Of a DNA stretch of 64,000 nt, positions 52,520-64,000 are shown one piece after another. The stretch comes from Ptychomitrium polyphyllum (Eukaryota): positions 22,568,001 to 22,632,000 of the forward strand of contig OZ316775.1 in NCBI GenBank assembly GCA_973851085.1. Reading direction: 5' to 3'. The notes under the pieces are model-generated. The model saw nothing but the letters and a program-made list of their open reading frames with translations, was not told where the DNA came from and did not search any database. The position numbers and the translations under genes are program-made. Every line of letters starts with the position of its first letter. The stretch's first letter is position 1.

Positions 52520-55500
52520 TGTCACGGACATACATATTAGAAGCATCTAGAAAGGTTCTTAGAAAATTTTGGAAGTTTCTAAGGAAGTTACCTTTGGATT
52601 AGGAAGCTTCCAAGGGAGTTGCCTTTATTTACAAAACTTCCAAGAAAGTCACCTTTGGATTAGGAAGCTTCCAAAGAAATTGCCTTGACTTAGAAAGCTT
52701 CCAAGGAAGTTACCTTGGCCTAGGAAACTTCTAAGGAAACAACTCAAGGTTGCTTGAATACAAAACAATGTAGGTCAAGCTTCTCAAAAAGCTTCCAAGT
52801 CTTGTAGTTTTGGTATATATAGGAGTCAAGGCTAAAGAGCTCTTCAGTCTCTACAATGCATCTCTTGTGGTTTACTTTAGACCTTCTGGCCTTGTCTTTT
52901 GTACCTTGTTGTAGCTCTTTATCTCTAGTATACTTGGACTTATTTTATTCCACATTCTCGAATCTTGAAGCCTTGTTTTGTAGTTACTTTGTCCGTAACA
53001 GTTTGTTGAGACTGTCATACAATAATATTAGGGCTTGGTCTTTCATGATAGAGAGCAAATCATCCCTCTTTCTCAAAAATACTATAATACTCTAAAGGTT
53101 GCAGATTATCCTCGATATTTCCTCTTGAAACTTATTTGGTTTTTTACGCAATTAGTAGTTTTTATCTATTCCCACTTTATTTCTATGCCAGGACGTGAAG
53201 AAGTCAATATCATTGATTAAAAAGAAATGAAGTTAGATTTTATTATTGATGCCCTTGAAACATTGAAGATCAACACCAAGACTTTATCCAAGCAAAACGA
53301 AGAACTGTATTTAATCATACACAATGGTTAAGGAGTAGAAATACTGCAATTGCTATCCCAAGTCAATTTAGGTGCTTCATTGTCTAGATCTGATTTGGTA
53401 GATGACAGACAAGTTCAAACTAGGAATTCAATGCCAACAACCAAAGAACCAAGAATCAGCCTTTTAGAGAAGTTTGATGGTATGCGTTCAAAATTTTGAG
53501 GCTTCGTAAACCAAGTTCAACTTGTTACCTTATTTCAACCTCAGCGGTATCTTACGGATGCTTTGCGTATTGGTTTGGTAGGAACGTTGCTCTCAGGACA
53601 AGCATTGTTCTAGTTTGCACCACTTTTTGAGAAAAATTCCCCCATACTTAGCAACTTTGATGCGTTCTTAGCCACGTTTACAAAAGCATTTGGTGACCAT
53701 GACAAGCTTTGTTTTGCAACTATTAAGATTCATGCCTTACACCAAAGGCCATGTTCTATATCAATTTATGCTTCTAAATTTCAACAACTTGTATGCAACA
53801 TTAATTGAGGAAAAGAAGCGCTGATGAGCTAATTTCATTGGAGCATACGTGACGAGATTAAGGATTTATTACTATACATGCCAGACCTCCAAATACTTGA
53901 TGAAGCCATTAGCCAAGCTTTGAAGTGCAATAATCAATATTTCAACGTCGACAAGATAAACAAATTTTAATTATGCCTCAGCTTCATATCAACTTTTCAA
54001 TAGCTGTAGCTCCGTTTACCTCTAATAAGCATTTGGAAGTGGAAGCCATGCGGATTGATGTGGTTTGCATCAAACTCCTTACCAAATATGGAAAGAAGTG
54101 ACGAAGGGAATAAGGGTTGTATTTGTAATATGGAAAATCTACCCACAAGGTTGATAACTGCCCAGACAAACCTCCACATAAATATTGGATGAGAGATTCA
54201 AACACCATGCCGAATGCTTCACTGGAAAACAAGGACGTCCAGCTACAGTAGGAACCATGCAGGTGGATCCGCTTCCTTCGCAAGAAAACAAAGGTCATGT
54301 TCTATTAGTCCATCTTTCCTCTTGTTTTATTATATCTATTTGTTTAGGTGTTCAGAAGCTCAAAAGCCTTACTCTAATAGATTTAGGAGCCTTTGCTTGC
54401 TTTATTGACGAAGAATTTATGAAAACCCATAAGTTTTATTTTAGTAGAAAATCCAAACCTGTCCATGTAGAAGTCATAGATGGTCGACCATTATCTTTTG
54501 GAGATGTTATTCATGAGACCAATCCATTAATAATAACATTGAATAACCATAGTAGTTAAGTGATATTTAATGCCATTAAGTCTCCGTCAAGTCCCATCAT
54601 TCTAGTGTTTCTTTTGGCTTGAAAAATACAACCTGCAGATAGATTGGGCATTCCGCAAAGTAGAATTTCTATCATTTGAGCCTATAACTACTAAGCCTAT
54701 GGAGGAAGCTGAAGCATCTTATACATCTAAAAAGCCTCTTTTCATTGGAGCTAGAGCATTTATAAAAGCAGCAAAGACTGGTGCTTCTTTTGCAGTGTAT
54801 GCAATTCCAATGTCCAAAGTTGTGGCTTCATCGGCAATCATTTTACAAAAGTATAAGGAGTTCAACGATGTATTCAAAAAGAAAAATGCAGAAACCCACC
54901 ACAACATTGCCTTTACGATTGTGCCATACACCTCCAAGACGGTGCCCAGCCACCATTTGGACCTATTTATAATTTATTCCAAAATGAACTTTCATCACTA
55001 AGGGAGTATATTGATGAAAATTTAGCCAAGAGACTCATACAACATTCAAAGTCTTCTACTAGAGCTCTAATACTTTTTGTAAAGAAGAAACATGGATCTT
55101 TACGAATGTGTGTTGAGTATTGCGGCCTCAACAAAATGATGGTGAAGAACCGATATCAATTGCTATTGATATCTAGGCTTTTTGATCAACTTGACCAAAC
55201 AAAGATCTATACCAAAATAAACCTGCGAAGGGCCTAAAATTTGGTGTGCATTAAAGAAAGAGATTGTTGCAACCCTTATAATGCACCTTAATAATGTCAC
55301 GCCCGTCAATCCTGTACACTCCTATATGCACATGGTTAACCTCTATTTTCACTCTCCAAGTCTTAGGCTTGGTTTCCAATTCCCCATACCATTTCTCTTA
55401 AGACACCCAATTGATTAGTAGCTAGTAGTTAGGTGCGGACTTCCATTCCTGTTCACGGCCTCATTTGGTGTTACTCCCATTCCACACAACCTAACTGCAT

Positions 55501-58244
55501 TTAGTGGTGTCTCCTCACTAGCCCACATGATTCCCATGTAATCCTAAGATCATCCCGGGTCCATAGTGCTAACATGAAGACACAACCCAAACTTAGTGAT
55601 AACAAGCGTACTCTTTTGATCTCATTAGTTCTTTTCATGAAACCGGTCACCCACTAATTCACAATGGTGTGGAAGTTCCCGTAGTGAAGCGCCAATACTA
55701 GCTCCATCAATTGGGATTCACCCTTGGTTTTTACCGGGACACTAGGGGAGTGGGAGGGGGACCAGCCCTCCCTTATAGTACTCTCTGTGGGATTTGGCAG
55801 GCCCCCTGGGCCTTTGTAGCTGGCAGAACTCCGACACACCAAAAACTTTAGAAGACCACTCAATCTCCCTTGGGACTTAGTCGCTGGAACCGTCCAAGAC
55901 TTCCTGCAATCCTTCAAGGAGCCATATCTTCCACGTTTGGTGTCCAATGTTATTAAATGACCACTCTATTGTCATCTACTTTTTGCGTAGATATCAATAG
56001 ACTCTTCGAACGTCCAATTTGACTTAGTATTTTGAGAGATATGCCTCTCCTAAGATTCGGGACTCCTGGAGAAGCCCTACCTGCACTGTCCCAGTCTAGT
56101 ATAGTCACTGTCTAGGGCTGCTACAGTCTAGAACAGCCTTTTAGCAGCCCCAACTTTGGGATGCCATATCTTTTAGCTTCCTTGTCCAATTTGAACAATC
56201 TTTAGCATTCTAGAATCAACTCGTCGTATGTCCTCCAATGCCTTTAATTTCTCCCTTAAGGCCCTCGGTCTACATGGACAAGGATGTTTCTCCCCCTTAG
56301 GATCCTTCCCACGCTAGGCTTACTTGGGCCACTTCACTATCGGCGCCACAAGTCCCGGACGTCACTCTGGAGTCCCTCTTGTGCCCTTAGTATTGCGGGC
56401 ACTCTTGAAGAAGAGGTGCGCGACAGAGTCAAATAAAAAACGGCATTTTGAACAAAATATGAACATTCTAAATACAATATCATACTTTTGGAACTTACCA
56501 GTGCACCCGCCATTTTTCAACACATAATGAATGGCATAATTTGGAAGTACCTTAATGATTTTGTTATATGCTATTTGAATGATATCTTAATGTATTTAAA
56601 GAATCCAAAGGAACATGAATGACATGCCTGCATAGTCCTACAAAAGTTATAAAATGTTGGTTTATATGTCAAGTTAGAGAAATGTATATTCCAAGAACTT
56701 CAAGTAGAATTCCTTGGATATATTATCTTCAGTAAAGGAGTATTGATGGATCTAAAGGAGGTCAAAGCAATAAACAATTGGACGAGGTTAAAATCAATAC
56801 GTGATATCCAATGCTTTTTTGAATTTGCAAACTTCTATAGGATCTTCATTAAGGACTATTCTTGAATAGCTACACCACTCACGCAACTAACATGCAAGGA
56901 AAAGCTTGAGTGGAAATCCAATACTGACGATGCATTCCAAAGTTTGAAACGAGCGTTTACCACAGCTTCTATTTTGCTCCATTGGGACCTCTCAAAGCAG
57001 TTTTATCTTGAATCAAATGCTTCCAACTTTGCACTAGAAGCAGTTTTGTAATAAACGGGGGAAGAAGGGAGACTCTATTCAATTGCATTCTATTCCAGAA
57101 AGTTTTCAGTTGCAGAAATCAACTACGAGATCCATGACAAGGAACTCTTTACAATTGTGGATTTCCTCCAAGAATGGCGTCACTTGTTTGAGGGTGCCGT
57201 GCATTCAATGATTATATATACAGATCACAACAATTAGAATATTTCATGTCAGTTTGTATTTTGAATTGTTGCCAAGCTTATTGGAGTATATCTCCAGCTT
57301 GATTTTATTTTTGCATCACATATTGACTCGGAAAACAACAAGAGTTATCAAGGCTTATTGATGTTTTGTCAAGGCAATCATACCTTGCGCCAAAGGACGA
57401 AGAAGAAACACGCGATCAACAATGAACAACTTTATTGAAATCCAAACGATTTTATATTTGCACAACCACCAATTCAATTCCACTGGATTCATTGTTCCTT
57501 GACCATGTACATGTGACAATTACCAACGACCCTCTTATTCTTGATATCAAGCGTCATTACAACAACTTCTCTGAAGACGTGTCTAACTTCAAGACAACCT
57601 TCTCTACTTTGAAGAATGTATATATATTTCTAAAGGACCAGTTTGCCTTTGTGTATTTCAAACATGTCATGACTTTCCTGCAGCTAGACATTTTAGATTC
57701 AACAAAACCTTAGAACTCCTCTCTCGAGACTTTTGGTGGTCTCAAATGTGGAAGGCTATTAACGAATTTGTACTCTTAAGTGATACCTACTCTAGGTCAA
57801 AAAACCTTCAACACTGTCCATATGAACTTCTCCAACCACTGCATATTCCAAATTAACTGTAGTCATCTGTTTCAATGGGTTTCATTACAGATCTTCCACC
57901 ATCAAATTCTTTTGATACTATCTTTGTTGTAATAGACAGGTTGACCAAGATGGCATATTTTATATCTTTCAAAACGACAATTACGGGTGAAGAAACTGCC
58001 ACACATTTCATAGATAATGTCTATTGCTGCTATGGATTACCTGGCCATATTATATCGGATTGTGGACCACAATTTGTATCAAGGTTTTGGAAGTCACTTT
58101 TTAAAATCCTTAAGGTGAACATAAAACTTTCTTCTGCCTTCCATCCTTAGCCTAATAGCTAAATAAAGCAAGTCAATCACATCTTAGGACAAAATTTAAG
58201 ATGTACCATAAACTACCAACAATATGATTGGACTTCCTACTTGA
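52520..58244 (+). mobile_element. Decayed family B Ty3/Gypsy element (5' LTR, gag, PR, RT, RNase H, integrase); host of two nested insertions, 3' end outside the window
   Basis: LTR 52520-53000 with inverted ends TGTCACGGACA..TGTCCGTAACA; gag KEPRISLLEKFDG; PR LIDLGA; RT split by a solo LTR; integrase GFITDLPP..SSAFHP; many stops. Confidence 0.88.
55265..56425 (-). mobile_element. Solo LTR of family C, inverted, inserted in family B RT
   Basis: Reverse complement of 12507-13651 end to end (TGTTGCAACCC..GGTGCGCGACA) with many transitions. Flanks GAGAT/GAGTC, each one change from an inferred GAGAC target. Confidence 0.9.
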
Positions 58245-61200
58245 TGTCACGGACATAGATCATGCAACATAGTCTTTAGAACATTCTAGAATCTTCTAGA
58301 ATACTATAATAATTTCTTAGAATACTTTTGAATGTCTCCATAATCTTTTCATATTCTTAGGAAGCTTCCTACAAAAGTCCCCCTACCTTCGGAAACTTCC
58401 TAGGAAGGTTCCAACGCCTTAAAAGAATCTTAAGAAGGTTCCTTAGACTTCCAGAACATTCTTAAGCCTTGTAGGAAGCTTCTTTAGAAGTATCTAGGAG
58501 ATACAAACATCATATTATAAATAAGAGGCAAGACAAGGTATTTCTTGGTCTTGCCAACACAAGTTGTGGATCATCTTGAATCCTGCCTTATTTTAGCCTT
58601 TGTATCAAGTTCTTGTTAATCATTAGCTCTTTGGAAGCTAATTCTTGGAAAATACTTCGTTTTTGCTTCTTGTTTCTTGTGTCTCTAACAGTTTCGCAAG
58701 ACTACTTTTCATCTTTGTCAGAGTAAAGTTCTTTATAGAAGATTGTGGATTAGCCATCTTCTTTAGGATTCCATAGCGTCTTAGAAGTTGCGGATTACCC
58801 TCCTCTAAAGCTGGCACCATAGAGTTGGTTTCTCCTTCTAGAACTAAGTATTACTTCTTTCAAAGGACGTGGATTTTCCTCCTTTGAAGGTACTCATAAT
58901 CTCCTTATCTTTGATAATCTTAAGAAATGGATAACGTGCTTGGAACATCAGAGAATAGGTTTGCAACTGTTGAAGACTTCCAAGAGTTATTAAACACAAT
59001 TCGAACGAAACTCGCCCGTTTCAATACCACCAACAATTTGGAGCAACATACTCGGCAAGCTGAAGAATCCAATGGTGATATTCAAAGCCTATATCAAGAG
59101 GTTATTTGATTGCGAGAGGCCAATATTGGAAGGAAAGACTTACGTTGAACCCATACAGAGCCAAAGATTAGCATGCCAGACAAGTTTGATGGAACAAGAT
59201 CAAAATTGAGAGGCTTTGTTCAACAACTAAGGCTCTTCCTTAATTTGCATCCATCTCGCTATCTTGATGACACAACTGAAGTGGGATTTGTAGCCACTCT
59301 TTTAACAAACAATGCACTATCGTGGTTTGCACCCCTAATAGAAAAGCAGTCACCATTATTGAACAACTTAGATGCTTTTATAGAAGCATTTATATCTACT
59401 TTTGGAGACACTGACCAAGAAAAGGTGGCTGAAACAAGAATCCAGAGTCTCCAACAAGGATAGCGCTCAGCTGCTACATATGTTGCAGAGTTTTGACAAT
59501 TAACTTGCGACCTTGATTGGAATGATAAAGCTTTGGTCACACGATTTCGATGGAGCTTAAGAGAGAATGTAAAGGACTTGCTACTCACAATGCCAAGAGT
59601 TGAAACATTGGACGAATTCATCATTCAAGCAATAGCATGTGACAACAGCCTATTTGAGAGGCGCCAAGAATAACGCCTGGAATGGCGACCAATACATCAA
59701 AGCATGGCTACCACTTCTTCAAAAATATTGGAAAATCAACCACAAGGACCAAAACCTATATAAATTGATGCTGCCCAGTTCAGATGTTTGACTCCAGAAG
59801 AAAAAGAAAGCCGTCAAAGAGAAAAACTATGTTTGTATTGTGGCAAGTCTGGACATAAAGTGCGCCATTGCCAAATCAAAGGATCTGCCTTTAAGGCTCA
59901 AAGCACAATGGTGGAGTTGGAAAACGAGGCTGTCCAATCACAGTAGAGACCATGCGACTGGACACCACAAGAAACCACCATCAAATCAAGGTCTCTTACT
60001 ACGTTCAAATCCTACCTCTTGTTTTACATTTCCTATCAAAATAAAATTGTTAGATGATGAAATTATTAATTAGACTCTCTTAGACACTAGTACAACGGCA
60101 TGCTTTATGGACAAGGACTTTGCAACCAAACATCACATGGTGCTTGTGAAGAAAAAATACCTCGCACCTATTGAAGTTATTGCTGGACAATCTCTTCCAT
60201 CTGTCAACCTTAATTAAAGAAACTCAATCCTTGGAGGTTGTTTTAGGAGACCAGGCATCTAAGATTGTCTTCAACATCATTTAATGCCAAACAAATCCTA
60301 TTGTCTTGGGTCTTCCTTGGTTTGAATTACATAATTCAAATATTGATTGGCGCTTACGGAGTGTGGTCTCAAGGAAAAGACGCCAAGCTATGAGAAATCT
60401 TGGACCATCATTTTTTGGAGCTAAGGCATTTATGAGAGCGGCAAAGGATGAACCAATCTATGCCATTTATGGCACGCCAATGTTTAGCTTTATAATAGAG
60501 ACTAATCAAAATATACCTCGTCAATATCAAGATTATAAAGACGTTTTTGAGAAGAAGAATGCGGACATGTTACTAAAGTACCGGCCCTACGATTGTACCA
60601 TTGAGTTGCAAGAAAGAGCCCAACCACCTTTTGGACCTATTTATAACTTATCACAAACTAAGTTGGCTGCCTTGAGAGAATATATTGATGAAAACCTTGG
60701 AAAGGGTTTCATTCAATACTCTAGATCACCTACTGGAGCACCCATTCTATTTGTAAAGAAAAAAGATGGATCATTTCGTATGTGCAAGGACTATCGAGAC
60801 CTCAATAAAGTAACAAAAAAGAATCGCTATCCATTACCATTAATCTCAAGACTCCTACAATAACTTGGCCAAGCAAAAATATTCACCAAAATTGATTTTA
60901 GAGGAGCCTACAATCTTGTACGCATCAAAGAAGGAGACGAATGGAAGACAGCTTTTCAATCTAGGTATGGTCATTTTGAATACAATGTCATGCCTTTTGG
61001 CCTTACTAATGCTCCCGCAGTCTTTCAACATATGATGAATGATATCTTCCATGAATATTTGGATGATTTTATAGTCATCTACTTAGATGATATTTTAATA
61101 TATTCAAAGGATGAACAAGACCACAAATGTCATGTGCGACTGGTCTTAGAAAAATTACGCTAGCAAGGGTTATATGCCAAATTAGAGAAGTGCCTTTTCC

Positions 61201-64000
61201 ATGAATCCTCGGTTGAATTTTTAGGCTACATCATTTCCAAAGGAGGAATCCATATGGATAAGGAAAAAATAAACACAGTCATGGAGTGGAGTACGCCAAG
61301 ATCAATTCGAGATATTCAATGCTTCTTGGAATTTGCAAACTTCTATAGAATATTCATCAAGAATTATTCCAAGATTGCGGCACCATTGACACAACTTACG
61401 GGGAAGCAAAAATTCATTTGGGATGAAGAGGCGGAAAAAGCATTTCAAAGTCTTAAGAAGTTATTCACGTCGGCTCCAATTCTTATTCATCCAAATCCAT
61501 CAAAGCCTTTTTATTTAGAAGCGGATGCCTCAGATTTTGCACTTGGCTCAGTATCCTCACAATATGATGAAGACGGGAGACTTCACCCTCTTGCCTTTTG
61601 TTCAAAGAAATTCTCAGCGGCAAAGATCAACTATGATATACATGATAAATAACTACTTGCAATTTGTGGATGCGTTTGAAGAATGGCGACACTTATTGAA
61701 AGGAGCTCAACATATCATCACGTTATGATTTTCCAGCAGCATGACATTTTGGATTCAATAAAACAATGGAGTTGATTGCTAGAGACTATTGGTGGCCACA
61801 AATGTAGAAGTACGTAAAGGACTTTATTTGATCATGCGACACTTGTGCAAGAGCCAAGATACCAAGACACCAACCTCATGGTTTCCTCCATCCGCTTTTA
61901 GTGCCAAAGGGCCCATGGTTGTCTTTATCAATCGGTTTTATTACGGACCTTCCAAACTCCAATTCTAAGGATTCTATTTTGGTAGTGGTAGATTGATTTA
62001 CCAAAATGGCACATTTCATTCCATGCAACTAGATGATAACGGGAGAAGAAACTGCCAAGTTGTTCCTAAATCACGTCTACTGTATACATGGACAACTAGA
62101 TGCTATTGTATCGGATCAAAGGCCGCAGTTCATTTCCAACTTTTAGAAAGCTTCATTCTAGCTGTTGCGTGTAAAGATCAATCTTTCTTCAGCACACCAT
62201 CCGCGAACTGATGGCCAAACCAAACGTGTAAATCAAATTTTGGAAGGATACCTTTGTTGTAGCATACTACCAGCAAGACAATTAGATGGATCTCTTGTCT
62301 TTGGCAGAATTTGCTTACATCAATACGGTGCATTTTTAAACAACTCAAAGTCCATTCTTTGCAAACTATGGACATCATCCTCAAACAAATTTATTTCAAG
62401 TGAAGCATGTTGGATGTCCTGCAGCAGAGGATTTTGGAACTCAACTTGCTAAAATCCATCAAGAAATTACTTTCTAATTACAACATGCTCAAGATCGTTA
62501 CAAAATTTATGCAGATTGCCATCAAAAGGACCATCCAAAGTTCAAGGTTGGAGATAGCGTATGGCTCCTACGACAAAATATACAAACAAAAAGACCATCA
62601 AAGAAGTTGGACTATTAAAGGCTGGAACCGTTTGAAATTAGCAAACAAGTAAATCCGGTTAGTTATTGCCTAAAGGTACCACCAAGCATGCAAATTCATC
62701 TAGTATTCCACGTATTGTTGTTGGAAACCTATAACAAATCATGTATTTTAGAGAGAATTGTCCCTCCGCCTCCTCCGCTGGAAATCAATAATGAAATTGA
62801 ATATGAAGTGGAAGAGATCTTAGATTCACGCATCAAGAACGGACATGTGGAGTACCTTATACATTAGCAAGGATATGGCATCAATGACCAAACATGGGAA
62901 CCTTCAATGAATGTAACAAATGCTTCCGAGAAGGTACGCAAATTTCATCAAAGATATCCTCAGAAAGCAGAACAATGATAATGTCTCATCAGTAGCCGTT
63001 AGCTTCACAGAGAATTTTTTCCTTCATAGACAAGTATGAGAAGGAACGAGAAATATTCAAAACCCCAATTGTATGCAGCATTATTTCCAAGATAAATCAT
63101 ATCCAGATCCTAGCCAGTATGTCAAATCTTCGTGTTAACATGGATATGCGTGAAGAGCAGTCGGCCATGCCTTCATCAACAACAACATCTATTGAGCCAA
63201 CTCAACTTTCTCAGCCCTCGGTAACGGAGGATCTAAGTCAAGATATGGAAGGGACATCCCAACGTCGAGTACGACCTTGTGCAGAAGTATTGATTAGTTG
63301 CCCTTCACAATCCAGTCTTGATTCAGATGCTCGCGCTCTAGTCATCTTGTTAGAAATTGGAAGAGTCACTTCTGGAGGACTTGAAATCTTGTTTGGAGGA
63401 TGTTTTAAAGGACTTAATCAAGATCAGATCTTGGGATGGGACATTTCAACAACAGAAATCTTGGCTGGTGGCCATCGCCACTTCTTGCAAGGACCAGTTG
63501 AATCAGTGAACAAAGAACAACAAGCAGAGTATGTTGCTTTACTCCTTCGACAAATTTTGGAATTTGTAAAAATGTGATAAGCAAGCCAAGAAAAGAGCTC
63601 TTCATGGGACTCATCGCTAAATGGGGAGGTGATGTCACGGACATAGATCATGCAACATAGTCTTTAGAATATTCTAGAACCTTCTAGTATACTATAATAG
63701 CTTCTTATAATACTTTTAGATGTCTCCATAATCTTTTCATGTTTTTAGGAAGCTTGCTAGGAAAGTTCCTCCACCTTATGAAACTTCCTAGGAAGGTTTT
63801 ATCATCTTAAGAAACTTCCTAGGAAGATTGCACTACCTTAGGAAACTTCCAAGGAAGGTTCCAACGCCTTGGAAGACTCTTAAGAAGGTTCCTTAGACTT
63901 CCAAAACATTCTTAAGCCTTGTAGGAAGCTTCTTTAGAAGTATCCTAGGAGATACAAACGTCATAGTATAAATAGGAGGCAAGACAAGGTATTCCTTAGT
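58245..64000 (+). mobile_element. Near full-length decayed family A chromovirus nested in family B integrase; 3' LTR runs off the right edge
   Basis: 5' LTR 58245-58690; gag; PR; RT YLDD at ~61080; RNase H; deletion at ~61725; integrase; chromodomain EYEVEEILDSRIKNGHVEYLIH..TWEP; accessory ORF; PPT GGGGAGGTGA at 63623-63632; 3' LTR from 63633. Left target CTTGA. Confidence 0.93.
63119..63577 (+). CDS. Putative accessory 152-aa ORF between chromodomain and PPT, function unknown
   Basis: Intact ATG..TGA ORF in an element otherwise full of stops; protein-level homologs at 20310-20590 (+) and ~5690-6130 (-). Confidence 0.6.
   Translation: MSNLRVNMDMREEQSAMPSSTTTSIEPTQLSQPSVTEDLSQDMEGTSQRRVRPCAEVLISCPSQSSLDSDARALVILLEIGRVTSGGLEILFGGCFKGLNQDQILGWDISTTEILAGGHRHFLQGPVESVNKEQQAEYVALLLRQILEFVKM

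Overview
Plant nuclear DNA; gene structure and TE content look like a moss, probably Physcomitrium/Funariaceae (inference). Host genes: the 5' part of a TMK-type LRR receptor kinase (-, runs off the left edge), a condensin SMC4 copy with at least four frame-disrupting lesions including loss of Walker B (-, 25.6-35.4 kb), a PhzF/DapF-fold two-cysteine isomerase (+), plastid D-glycerate 3-kinase GLYK (-), and an uncharacterised Cys-rich multi-exon gene (-). Two nested Ty3/Gypsy chromovirus islands (5.4-24.3 kb and 52.5-64 kb) hold three families, called A, B and C here. A and B have ~0.5 kb LTRs starting TGTCACGGACA; C has 1.15 kb LTRs and a tRNA-iMet PBS. Main signals: (1) A and B lack a tRNA PBS and show Tf1-style self-priming complementarity with compensatory changes; (2) they carry a G_GAA_AAC slippery site plus predicted pseudoknot for -1 gag-pol frameshifting; (3) they share an unexplained accessory ORF between chromodomain and PPT, conserved at protein level; (4) a family C element has near-identical LTRs but five nonsense codons; (5) an AAAACCGTCACTG-type motif recurs upstream of three host genes, with a perfect 32-bp palindrome near SMC4. 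All calls were made by eye, with no database searches.
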